The notes under the pieces are model-generated. The model did not search any database. It had not been told where the DNA came from and was given only the letters and a program-made list of their open reading frames with translations. Positions 38,894 through 47,963 of a stretch of 64,000 nucleotides of DNA are shown piece by piece. Both the position numbers and the translations under genes were made by a program. How positions within the stretch are numbered: the first letter of the stretch is position 1; every line of letters starts with the position of its first letter. This DNA is from Verrucomicrobiota bacterium (lineage in GTDB: Bacteria > Verrucomicrobiota > Kiritimatiellia > CAIQIC01 > JAGNIJ01). The stretch lies in the NCBI GenBank assembly GCA_022710725.1, contig JAKLGK010000005.1, positions 156,347 through 220,346 of the forward strand, read 5' to 3'.

Positions 38894-39895
38894 TCACGGG
38901 GCCCGGCGCGGGGGCCGAAACAGCGGCCAGCCCCGGGCGCGGGCCACGCGCGCCAGCCCCAGCGGAAGCAGCAGGCCCGCCGCCACCCCGGCCACCTCGT
39001 GGGGCCAGAACAGCGAAACGTGCAGGCCCCGCTGGAGGACCACCCGCGTGCCGGCGGAGAAGATCACGTGCGCGCAATAAACCTCGAGCGAATAACGCCC
39101 CAGGCTGCTCCACCCGTTCAGGGAGGGCGCGGCGGCCAGCAGGGATGACAGCCCCAGGGTCCCCGCCACGCCCGCGAGCGTGGCGGCGGGGAGCAGCAGC
39201 GCGGAGCACGCCGCCCGGTGCGCGTGCAGGAAATAGAGCCCCGCGAATCCCGCGACGGCCAGCGCGATCGCCTGTCTCCGGGGCAGCGCTTCGAAGCAGC
39301 GCTCCGGGGCCAGCGCGCCGAGGGCCAGAAAAAGATAGTGCTGGCAGGCCAGCCGGACCGGGGCGCCGAACCAGTCGGGGCGCATCGCCGCCGCGCCGTC
39401 GAGGAGCAGCGCAACCGCCAGGCGTCCGAAGCGCCCGACGCGCATGCCGCGGAGCAGCAGGTCGAGGGCGTAGATCAGCATCAGCGCGTGGAGGAACCAG
39501 AACTGCATCCAGCCGCGCAGCAGCAGGCCCGGGACTTCCACCCAGGCCACGTGCCGGTTGCCGGCGCCGGTCAGGATCATCAGCGCGGCCTGCAGGAGCG
39601 TCCACACGACGTAGGGGTAGAGCAGCGTCCCCGGGAGACTCGCGGCCACGCCTTTCAGGCCCCGGCGCCGGATCGAGGCTTCCAGGAAGTGACCGGACAG
39701 CACGAAGAACACCGGCACCATGAACGTGTAGCACAGCGCCTCGAAGGCCGGCCAGAAGGCGGGGACGCCCGCAATCCCGGCCCTTCCGAGCCCCTGCTCG
39801 ACGTGGCAGATGACCACGAGCGCGATGGCGATCCCCTTGGCGTGATCGGCCTGAAGCAGCCGGGCTGCGCTCGTGGAGGGAGGTTCGGCTTTCAT
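38894..39895 (-). CDS. Acyltransferase family 3 membrane O-acyltransferase (OatA/OafA-like)
   Basis: The start (MKAEPP...) was derived by arithmetic from the ORF-track end. The protein is polytopic, and its N-terminal region has the family His (VICHVEQG). Confidence 0.7.
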   Translation of the reverse strand: MKAEPPSTSAARLLQADHAKGIAIALVVICHVEQGLGRAGIAGVPAFWPAFEALCYTFMVPVFFVLSGHFLEASIRRRGLKGVAASLPGTLLYPYVVWTLLQAALMILTGAGNRHVAWVEVPGLLLRGWMQFWFLHALMLIYALDLLLRGMRVGRFGRLAVALLLDGAAAMRPDWFGAPVRLACQHYLFLALGALAPERCFEALPRRQAIALAVAGFAGLYFLHAHRAACSALLLPAATLAGVAGTLGLSSLLAAAPSLNGWSSLGRYSLEVYCAHVIFSAGTRVVLQRGLHVSLFWPHEVAGVAAGLLLPLGLARVARARGWPLFRPPRRAP

Positions 39896-39897
39896 GG

Positions 39898-42759
39898 CTA
39901 GTCGGGCAGCGCGACGCGGACCCGGTACAGGCGCTGGGTGACGTCCTCCGGCGGCGGCTCGGTCTCGCTGCCGTCGTCCAGCCAGTTGGTCAGCCCGCCG
40001 CTCCCTGCGAAGGGGGCCGGGGATGCGACCAGCCATCCGTTGAAATTGGTCAGGTAGTCCGAATTGTAACGCACCTCGTAGAGCCGGCCGGTGTCGGCGA
40101 AGAAGGAAAGCAGCGGGCGGCGGTTGGTGTCCGAGCCGCTGGCGACCCGGAAGACGCTGTTGGAGTCGCCCGGGTCCGTGGCCGCGACGTATTCCTGCCA
40201 GTTCCCGGCCTTGTCGCCGTCGCCATCGGCCGCGGCGTCGTTGTTGGTAGGGTTCAGCGCGTGCGCCTGCTCGAAGTGGTTCGGCATGCCGTCGCTGTCC
40301 GGGTCGTTCGTGGCCGCGTAGACGTACAGCCCTCCGAAGTACTGCTGCTCCCAGGAGTCCGGCAGCGCGTCGCTGTCCGTGTCCAGCGTGGGCGAGCGCT
40401 GGATCGCGATCCAGGAGGCCGGCGACACGGCCCGGGTCCCGCCGCTGTCCCACGCCAGGGCCTTCACCGACACCGCGCCGACGCCGGCGTCGGCCGTGTC
40501 GAACGCCGACACCCACGGGGCGTTCGTCAGCACGGAGCAGGGCTTGTCCTCCACGTAGAAGACCACCTGTGTGACGACGCCGGGCGCGTTGGTGACCTCG
40601 GCCTGGAGAAACACATTGCTGCCCAGAACGAACGGCTCGCCGTTGGTCGGCGAAAGCAGCCGGGCCGCGAAGGCCGAGTTGCTGACCAGCACGGGCGTCA
40701 CGCTGTGCCCCTGGGCCTCGGGGCCGGTCCCGAGCCGGCCGGCGGCGCGGATCGTGTGCGGGCCGTTGGGCCAGGCCGTCGTGTCCCACGCCCACGAGGT
40801 GTCCAGCGGGGACCGTCCGCACCAGAAGAGCACGTTGCCGCGCGCCGTCAGGTCGCTTTCGTTGTCGTTGAAAAAGTCCGAGAACGAATCGGCCGGGTAC
40901 AGGCCCGAGCCCGGGATGGCGGGGACGATCGTGTAGGCCACGTGCAGGCGGATGCCCTCCGGCCCGGGGCGGCGCGCCTCGAGCGGGAAGCTGGACACCT
41001 CCTGGTAGGTGTGCGTGTTCGCCCAGGCTCCATTCGTGCCCTGCAGGACGGCGTGGCTGTTGATGGCCGCCACGAGCCGCGTGACGACCTGCTTGGGCGT
41101 CTCGTTCTGGGCGGCGATGATCCGGTTCGTGGCCGCGACCCCGTTCGTCAGCGTGATGACGCAGGTCACCGTGTCGCCCGTGTTGGCCTTCCCGTTGTAG
41201 GCCTGGAGCTGGACGAATTCCCGCGCGGCGTACGCGCTCTCGAGCAGGTTGGAGCCGAGCGCCTGCGCGAAGACCGTCAACTCGGCGGCCGCGCCCGTCT
41301 CCGTCCCCGCCGAGTACGTCACGCCCGTCCCGAAGTACCCGTAGTTGGTGTACACCAGTTCCAGCCGGTCGCCGCGGGCCGCGGCCCGCACGGCGAGGTT
41401 GCTCGCGTTCACCCGGCCGGCGAGGCTGGTGACGGCGCTGTACAGCGTGTCGCCGGCCGCGACCTGGTAGGCCACGGGCTGCCCGGAGATCGTCACCTGC
41501 AGCACGTTGCCCGGCCGCGGGGGGACGTTGGTGGGCGTCCCCGCGTACAGGTCGTCCACGAACACGTCCACCCGGGCGGCCGGCCGGCCCGCGGCGTTGG
41601 TCCGCGCCTGGATGTCCACGGCGACGGTCCCCGACACGACCTGGTTCGAGGCGAGGGACGCGACGGCGACCGCCGGCGGGTCGGCATAGGGCGCGGCGAG
41701 CGGGTCGCCGATGAAGAGGCCCTGGTAGGGGTTGGCGACGCTCATCCAGTAGCTCTCGCCCAGGCTGAACCCGCGCGCGTACCAGAAGAAAACAAGGGGA
41801 TCGGGGAATTTCTCGATGTAGGCGCAGGGCTCGTTCACGGCGCCGTAGCTGGCGGACGCGCCCTGCCGGATCCAGTTCCAGATCTTCCCCTGGTTGTACG
41901 GGTCGGTGGGGAACCGCGCGCCGAAGGACGTCATGTGGTCGGCCATGCAGCCCGGCAGGTACCGGTTCGTGGCGCCCCAGTAGTCGTTGATCTGCGACGA
42001 GCCCCACTGGAAGCCCAGCACGTTCGTCTCCTGGTTCAGGGGGCCGTACCCCGTGATCTCGTGGGCGGGGAAGCCCGACAGGAAACGCGCGTGAAAATCG
42101 AAGTTGTTGTTGAGCGGGTAGCGGACGTTGCGCTCCGCGTCGCTGCTCTCGACAAGATAGAAGCAACCCCCCGGCCTCGTCCCGTCGGACCGGACACTGA
42201 CGTCCACGTTGCTCTTCGCGATGGAGAGGCGGTCGCCGATCAGCATGAAGCTCAAGTAGTAATTCGTCCCCGCGTATTTGTCCGCGTGGCGGAACCCGCG
42301 CTCGGCCTTGTAGTAGCCGCTCGCCGTATTGGTGGGCATGCTGCAGGAAGCGACGATCTTGGGGGCGTTCTTGAACCCGTAGAAAAGGACGGCCGTGGCC
42401 CCCTCGTTATCGCTGACGCGCGTGGGTAGGTCCTGGCAGAGGACCAGGGTGTCGATCTGGTTGCTCAACCCGTACAGCCCGATGTGCTGCGAGATGCGGT
42501 CCACGATCGAGGTCTGGAAGGCGGTGTTGGTCATGTCGTGGAACCCCGCCGCCGCGGAGGCCGGCGGGACGGAGACGTGCAGCACGTTGCGTTCCGGGAT
42601 GCCCCGCAACTGCCGGTAGTACAGGCCGGTTTCCTGCGATTCGATGCTCTGGTCGTTGAGGATGACCAGGACGTTCTGGGGGCCGCCGCCGGCCCGGCCC
42701 GGGAGAGGGGACAGCAGGGCCGCCGCCGCGGCCAGCAAGGCTGAAACCCTGATCCTCAT
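39898..42759 (-). CDS. Large secreted protein A with a conserved N-terminal domain of unknown function (shared with 42828-45170), Ig-like domains and a Ca-binding-like Asp-rich C-terminus
   Basis: It begins with the signal peptide MRIRVSALLAAAAALLSPLPGRAGG. A domain of roughly 450 aa carries GGGPQNVLVILND...YYRQLRGIPERNV, LFYGFKNAP, FDFHARF and EPCAYIEKFPDPLVFFWYARGFSLGESYW...PYQGLFIGDPLAAPYA. The C-terminus has DTDSDALPD, NDPDSDGMPN and DGDGD repeats. Confidence 0.65.
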   Translation of the reverse strand: MRIRVSALLAAAAALLSPLPGRAGGGPQNVLVILNDQSIESQETGLYYRQLRGIPERNVLHVSVPPASAAAGFHDMTNTAFQTSIVDRISQHIGLYGLSNQIDTLVLCQDLPTRVSDNEGATAVLFYGFKNAPKIVASCSMPTNTASGYYKAERGFRHADKYAGTNYYLSFMLIGDRLSIAKSNVDVSVRSDGTRPGGCFYLVESSDAERNVRYPLNNNFDFHARFLSGFPAHEITGYGPLNQETNVLGFQWGSSQINDYWGATNRYLPGCMADHMTSFGARFPTDPYNQGKIWNWIRQGASASYGAVNEPCAYIEKFPDPLVFFWYARGFSLGESYWMSVANPYQGLFIGDPLAAPYADPPAVAVASLASNQVVSGTVAVDIQARTNAAGRPAARVDVFVDDLYAGTPTNVPPRPGNVLQVTISGQPVAYQVAAGDTLYSAVTSLAGRVNASNLAVRAAARGDRLELVYTNYGYFGTGVTYSAGTETGAAAELTVFAQALGSNLLESAYAAREFVQLQAYNGKANTGDTVTCVITLTNGVAATNRIIAAQNETPKQVVTRLVAAINSHAVLQGTNGAWANTHTYQEVSSFPLEARRPGPEGIRLHVAYTIVPAIPGSGLYPADSFSDFFNDNESDLTARGNVLFWCGRSPLDTSWAWDTTAWPNGPHTIRAAGRLGTGPEAQGHSVTPVLVSNSAFAARLLSPTNGEPFVLGSNVFLQAEVTNAPGVVTQVVFYVEDKPCSVLTNAPWVSAFDTADAGVGAVSVKALAWDSGGTRAVSPASWIAIQRSPTLDTDSDALPDSWEQQYFGGLYVYAATNDPDSDGMPNHFEQAHALNPTNNDAAADGDGDKAGNWQEYVAATDPGDSNSVFRVASGSDTNRRPLLSFFADTGRLYEVRYNSDYLTNFNGWLVASPAPFAGSGGLTNWLDDGSETEPPPEDVTQRLYRVRVALPD

Positions 42760-42827
42760 GATCGCACCTTTTATAAACATACCCCGGGGAAACCCGCGAG
42801 GGAAGCCCCGAAGGAGGCGGCGCGGGT

Positions 42828-45170
42828 TCAGCGGGGCACGCTGATCCAGACGGGGTCGGACAGCGTCTGGCGGCCGTCCGCGTCCGCGACCCGGACCTGC
42901 ACGCTCACCCTGCCGCCGCGGTAGGGGGCGGTGTCCACCGTGCCGTGAAAAGGCGCTTTCCCCGCGCGATCCGCGATCTTTCCCTCGACGAGGAAGTCCA
43001 CCGCGCCGACAGGGAAGTCGGCGGGCTCGCACTCCACGCCGAGCGAAAGCCGGGCGCCGGCCCGGACAACCTGGCCGGACTCCACTCCGGTCAGCCGACA
43101 GCGCCGGTCCGTGTTGCGCACGACGACGGGGACAAACGCGTGGCCCTGGGTCTGCACCGCGGTGCCGTCGCGGGCCACAAGGCGCAGCACGTGGGGCCCG
43201 TCCGGGATGCCGGAAGTGTCCCATGGAAACTCCGCGGCCAGGGTCTCGCGGCCGCAATGGAACAGCAACATGCCCCGCGAACTCATCAGGTCCATGTTGT
43301 CCGAGAGCCGCCCCTCGTAGGCGACCGGCGGAGCCAGCCCGGCGCCCGGGGTCTTCGGCAGGATGGCATAGCGGAGAAGGATGGCCACGCCCGGCGGGCC
43401 GGCCGTCCTCGACTCGAGGGCGAAGTCCGCGCGATCGGCTTTGGCCTTCAGGTCCGCGATCCGTATTCCGTCCGGGCCGGCCAGGACGGGATGACTGTCG
43501 AGGGCCGCCTTCAGGCGTTTCGCCACGTCGAGCGCCGCCTCGCCCTCGGCGGCCTCCACGCGCGCCGTCGCGATCAGGCCGTTGCCCAGCGTCACCCGGC
43601 ACTCAACGGCGTCCCCGGCGGCGGCCGCGCCCTGGAGCATGACATATTTCCTCGCCGCGTAGGTTCCGTCGAGCAGGGCCGGGGTCAGGTTGCGCGCGCC
43701 GAACCCGGGCGGCGGCCCGAGCCCCTGTTCGACGCGCGCGCCGTAGGGCGTGGTGGAGCCGCGTTTCCCGATGCGCCCGTCCATCAGCATCAGCCGGTCG
43801 CCGAAGGGGACGGCGTTAAGCATGGGGTTTTTCCGGGCCTCCCGCGCCAGGCCGCGGACGGCCGCCGGGAGGTCGTCGGATTCACCGAGGATATAGCTGT
43901 ATTCCTGGCCGTCGAACTCCAGGTAGACTTCATTCCAGGCTTGCGGCCGTATGTTGGTCACGGTGCCGACCCGGAGGTCGTCCAGGTAGAAGTCCAGGGC
44001 CGCGCAGGGACACTCGGGGGTGCCCGCGGCACTGACCCGCACGGTGACCGTTCCCGACACGGTCTGCCCGGCCGCCGGCGCGGCGACGGTGACGCGCGGG
44101 GGTCGGGCATACGGCGCGGCGAGCGGATCGCCCACGAAGAGGCCCTGGTAGGGGTGCGCGACGCCCATCCAGTAGCTCTCGGCCAGGTTGAAGCCCCGCG
44201 CGTACCAGAACAGAACCATCGGAGACGGGAATTTTTCGAGGAAGTTGCACGGCTCGCTGACCGTCCCGTAACTGGCCGTGGCGCCGGCGCCGATCCACTG
44301 GAGCATCGAGCCCTGGCCCATGGGCGGCACCGGCAGGAGGCCGCTGAAGGACGTCAACTGGTCGGCGATCGCGCCCGGCAGGTACTGGTTCGCGGTCCAG
44401 AAGGTCTCGGGATGGTTGGGGCCCCCCGTGAGGTAGCCGAGGATATCCGTCAGGCCCGTGAGCGTGTTCTCCTCCGAGAACACGCGTCGCGGGAACCCCG
44501 GCATGAAGCGCGCGTGGAAATCCAGCTCGTCGAAGAGCCGGTACCGGATGTTCCGATCCGGGTCGCCCGGCGGCTTGACGAGGTAGAACGTGCCGGTGGG
44601 CGCGGTGCCGTCGCAGGCCGCGCCGCGATCCACGAGGGCCCGGGCGTCCCGCGGCGCGGGGCCGGTCAGCATCATGGCCAGGTAGTGGGGGTTTTCCCGT
44701 CCCGCCAGGTCGTGGGTGAAGGCGCGCTCGGCGTTGAAATAGAAGCTCAACGTTGAGGGCGACAACTGGCAGGGCGGGGCCGGCGGGGCGTTCTTGAAGC
44801 CGTAGAACAGGGCGGCGGTGATGCTCTCGCTGTCGTTGATCCGGGTCGGTGTGTCCATGCAGAGCGCGAGGAAGTCGATCTGGTCGGACAGTTTCTCGTC
44901 CCGGATATGCGCCAGGATCGGGTCCCGGATGGATTTCTCGAAGATATCGAGGAAGGTGTTATGCAGCGGGGCGGACAGGTTCAGGTGGCAGACATTCCGC
45001 TCGGGGATGCCGCGCGCTTCCCGGTAGTAGCGGCCCAGTTCCTGCGAGTCCGGATCGCCGTCGTTGACCACGATCAGCACGTTCTGCGGCCCGCCGCCGG
45101 AGCGCGCCACCGCGGGCAGGAGCGCCAGCAGAAGGGCCAGGCCGCGCCGGATTCGCCCAAACCTTTTCAT
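42828..45170 (-). CDS. Large secreted protein B, tandem paralog of protein A
   Basis: It shares the same N-terminal motifs (GGGPQNVLIVVNDGDPDSQELGRYYREARGIPERNV, LFYGFKNAP, EPCNFLEKFPSPMVLFWYARGFNLAESYW, GDPLAAPYA) and has a different C-terminal half. Confidence 0.65.
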   Translation of the reverse strand: MKRFGRIRRGLALLLALLPAVARSGGGPQNVLIVVNDGDPDSQELGRYYREARGIPERNVCHLNLSAPLHNTFLDIFEKSIRDPILAHIRDEKLSDQIDFLALCMDTPTRINDSESITAALFYGFKNAPPAPPCQLSPSTLSFYFNAERAFTHDLAGRENPHYLAMMLTGPAPRDARALVDRGAACDGTAPTGTFYLVKPPGDPDRNIRYRLFDELDFHARFMPGFPRRVFSEENTLTGLTDILGYLTGGPNHPETFWTANQYLPGAIADQLTSFSGLLPVPPMGQGSMLQWIGAGATASYGTVSEPCNFLEKFPSPMVLFWYARGFNLAESYWMGVAHPYQGLFVGDPLAAPYARPPRVTVAAPAAGQTVSGTVTVRVSAAGTPECPCAALDFYLDDLRVGTVTNIRPQAWNEVYLEFDGQEYSYILGESDDLPAAVRGLAREARKNPMLNAVPFGDRLMLMDGRIGKRGSTTPYGARVEQGLGPPPGFGARNLTPALLDGTYAARKYVMLQGAAAAGDAVECRVTLGNGLIATARVEAAEGEAALDVAKRLKAALDSHPVLAGPDGIRIADLKAKADRADFALESRTAGPPGVAILLRYAILPKTPGAGLAPPVAYEGRLSDNMDLMSSRGMLLFHCGRETLAAEFPWDTSGIPDGPHVLRLVARDGTAVQTQGHAFVPVVVRNTDRRCRLTGVESGQVVRAGARLSLGVECEPADFPVGAVDFLVEGKIADRAGKAPFHGTVDTAPYRGGRVSVQVRVADADGRQTLSDPVWISVPR

Positions 45171-45230
45171 AGCGTATTGATCCATGATGCACACGATTCA
45201 CGTAAAAAACGATGCCGAAATGCCCGCGCT

Positions 45231-45264
45231 CCGATTTCCACACTTTGCAAAGTGTGGAAATCGG
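45231..45264. promoter_or_regulatory. 34-bp perfect palindrome ccgatttccacactttgcaaagtgtggaaatcgg
   Basis: It is an exact inverted repeat in the 100-bp gap between the GT4 stop (45274, minus) and the start of secreted protein B (45170). Confidence 0.5.
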
Positions 45265-45273
45265 GCCGGGGCG

Positions 45274-46398
45274 TCAAACGCGGGCCGCCAGGGAGCGATA
45301 CACTTCTTCCGTGGCGTCCGTGATGCGGTCCCAGTCGTAGGTGCGGGCCACGTAGGCCGCCGCCTGCGCGGCGCGGGCGCGCGCGGCTTCGGGCGCCGAT
45401 AGAAACGGCGGGAGCGCAGCCCGCAGGGCGTCGGCCGAGCCGGCCGGGAAAAGAGCGGCGAGTGCGGAGCCCGGCGCGCCGTCCGGCCGGACCACCTCGA
45501 GGTTCTCGGGGATGTCGCTGCAGAGCACCGGGCAGCCGAGGGCCATCGCCTCCAGCAGCACCAGCGGCATGCCCTCCAGCGTGGAGGGGAACACCAGGGC
45601 GCGCGCGTTGCTGTAGGCCTCTTCCTTTTCCTCCCCGTACAGCGGCCCGGCGAAGACGATGCGCGGGTCGCCTTCCGCCAGGGCGCGGAGCCGGGCAAGG
45701 TAATCCTCGCTGTGGCTGGCGCCGCCCACGATCAGCAGCTTCAGGTCGCCCGGCACGGCCCGGAACGCCTCGATCAGGAGGTGGCCGCCTTTTTCGGGCA
45801 CGAGCCGGCCGAGGTAGAGCAGGTACTCGTCCGGCCGCACCCCGAACCGGCGCAAGCGGTCGAGCGGCCGCCGGACGCCCGGCGTGACACCGTTGGGAAT
45901 AGGCACGGTCTCGCGGCCGTAGCGCTCGCGGTAGAAGCGCTGCAATTCGCGGGACACGACGATCGTGCGGTGCGGGAACGCCCCGGCGGTCCAGGCCCCG
46001 AGCCGGAGAAAGAGCCGCGCGCCCGCACCCCATTTTTCGCGCTTCCAGTCCAGGCCGTGCACCGTGACGACCGTCCGACGCCCCGCGAGACGCGGCAGGA
46101 ATGCCAGCATGGAAGGCCCCGTAGCGTGGATGTGCACGAGGTCATAACCGGCCAGCGCCCGGCACGCGGCCAGGAACGTGTGCGTGATCGCCTCGAGGTG
46201 CTTCGTATAAACGGCGGGCAGGTTGACCAGGCGGACGCCCTCGAACTCCTTGGCGCAGGCGGAATTATACCTGGCGCGGCAGAACACCGTGACGGCGTGG
46301 CCGCGGGCCGCCAGGCGCCGGGCGATTTCCTCGACGGCCTTCTCCACCCCGCCCGAGCCCTGTCCGATGGCCCGGAGGCCCATCATGGCGATGCGCAT
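45274..46398 (-). CDS. Glycosyltransferase family 4
   Basis: It has the GT-B fold and the STLEGMPLVLLEAMALGCPVL motif. Confidence 0.8.
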   Translation of the reverse strand: MRIAMMGLRAIGQGSGGVEKAVEEIARRLAARGHAVTVFCRARYNSACAKEFEGVRLVNLPAVYTKHLEAITHTFLAACRALAGYDLVHIHATGPSMLAFLPRLAGRRTVVTVHGLDWKREKWGAGARLFLRLGAWTAGAFPHRTIVVSRELQRFYRERYGRETVPIPNGVTPGVRRPLDRLRRFGVRPDEYLLYLGRLVPEKGGHLLIEAFRAVPGDLKLLIVGGASHSEDYLARLRALAEGDPRIVFAGPLYGEEKEEAYSNARALVFPSTLEGMPLVLLEAMALGCPVLCSDIPENLEVVRPDGAPGSALAALFPAGSADALRAALPPFLSAPEAARARAAQAAAYVARTYDWDRITDATEEVYRSLAARV

Positions 46399-46497
46399 GG
46401 TTCATCCCGCCCAAAGAAGCATTGAAAAACGCAATCCCATGCGCCATTATGCACGTTCATCGCCCGCGGGTGAGTCTTTTTTTGCGGGCGGTCGGGC

Positions 46498-47907
46498 ATG
46501 CTCTACAGGACATCCCAGTTCCGGTCCCAGCTGGCCCAGTTGCTCGACGCGCTGGTGACGGCCGCGGCCTTCACCTTCGCCCTGGCGTCGCGGCGCTGGC
46601 TGACCATGTGGCGGCCGGACACCTTCCCGCCGTTCGACGCCCTCTGGCAGCACGCGTGGCTGTACCTGCTGCTGCTGCCGCTGTGGATCATCATCCTGGA
46701 GTCCAACGGCTACTACCAGCACCAGTTCGCGCATTCGCGCCTGGATTCCCTCAAGATCCTGGCGCGCGCCAACGTGATCGGCGTGGTCACCCTGTTCTTC
46801 CTGCTCTACCTGCTCAAGGTCAAGCATATCCCGCGCGTGCTGGTGATCATCTTCGGGGTGATGGACGTCATCCTGCTGTGGATCAAGGACGCGATCATGA
46901 GCAAGCTGGTTCCCCTGTGGAGTTCGCCGGCCTCGATCCTCCTCGTGGGCGGGCAGGCGGACCGGGAGTCGGTCCAGCGCTACCTGCAGCAGCAGCCGGC
47001 CTGGCAGGTCCGGCTGCTCGGCGTGCTGACGCCGGCAGGCGAACCCGCGGGCGACGGGGCTGGGCTGCCGATCCTCGGCGCGGTCCAGGACCTGTCCCGT
47101 ATCCTGCACGAGCATTCTGTGGATTCCGTCCTGCTGGCCCCCGGCCGGCAGAACTTCGAGGAGATCCAGCAACTCATCCAGACGTGCGAAACGGAGGGCG
47201 TGGAGGCGTGGCTGCTCGCCGACTTCTTCCGGACCAGCATCGCGACCGCCCACATGGACCAGTTCCAGAACCGGCCCGTCCTGGTCTTCCGCAGCACGCC
47301 GGCGCTGTCGTGGGCGCTGGTGGCGAAGCGGATCATGGACATGGCCGGGGCCCTGGTCCTGGTGGCCCTGCTGTCGCCCCTGCTCCTGGCCATCGCCCTG
47401 GCGGTGAAGCTGACCAGCCCGGGCCCGGTGTTCTTCCGCCAGAAGCGCTGCACCCTGCACGGCCGCGTCTTCACGATGATCAAGTTCCGCACGATGGTGG
47501 CCGACGCGGAGCAGCAGCGCGCGGGCCTCGAGGCGCAAAACGAGGTCAGCGGCCCCGTCTTCAAGATCCGGGCCGACCCGCGGGTGACCCCGGTCGGCCG
47601 TTTCCTGCGCCGCCACTCGCTGGACGAGCTGCCCCAGCTGTTCAACGTCCTGGCCGGCGACATGAGCCTCGTGGGGCCCCGGCCGCCGATCCCCGCCGAG
47701 GTGGCGAAATACGAGAACTGGCAGCGGCGGCGCCTGAGCATGCGGGCCGGGATCACCTGCCTCTGGCAGGTCAGCGGCCGCAACGCCCTGTCGTTCGAGG
47801 ACTGGATGCGGCTGGACCTGGAGTACATCGACCACTGGTCGCTGGGCCTCGACCTGGCCATCCTGGTCAAGACGCCCCTGGCCGTGATCCGGGGAACCGG
47901 ATTCTAA
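46498..47907 (+). CDS. Polyprenyl-phosphate hexose-1-phosphate transferase (WbaP/EpsL/PssA-type bacterial sugar transferase), the priming enzyme
   Basis: N-terminal TM segments and a central Rossmann-like region precede the C-terminal catalytic motifs (KRIMD..., PVFF.Q.R, KFRTM, DELPQL.NVL.GDMSLVGPRP). Confidence 0.85.
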   Translation: MLYRTSQFRSQLAQLLDALVTAAAFTFALASRRWLTMWRPDTFPPFDALWQHAWLYLLLLPLWIIILESNGYYQHQFAHSRLDSLKILARANVIGVVTLFFLLYLLKVKHIPRVLVIIFGVMDVILLWIKDAIMSKLVPLWSSPASILLVGGQADRESVQRYLQQQPAWQVRLLGVLTPAGEPAGDGAGLPILGAVQDLSRILHEHSVDSVLLAPGRQNFEEIQQLIQTCETEGVEAWLLADFFRTSIATAHMDQFQNRPVLVFRSTPALSWALVAKRIMDMAGALVLVALLSPLLLAIALAVKLTSPGPVFFRQKRCTLHGRVFTMIKFRTMVADAEQQRAGLEAQNEVSGPVFKIRADPRVTPVGRFLRRHSLDELPQLFNVLAGDMSLVGPRPPIPAEVAKYENWQRRRLSMRAGITCLWQVSGRNALSFEDWMRLDLEYIDHWSLGLDLAILVKTPLAVIRGTGF

Positions 47908-47963
47908 CCGCGCGGCCCCGGTCATTGACCCGCTGAACAAAACGGGGTAGGGTACTGACCAAG

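Noticed and set aside
42760-42827. The hairpin aacccgcg...cgcgggtt downstream of secreted protein B as a terminator
   Set aside because: The stem is only 8 bp with a roughly 22-nt loop and no U-tract. The two paralogs are more likely co-transcribed.
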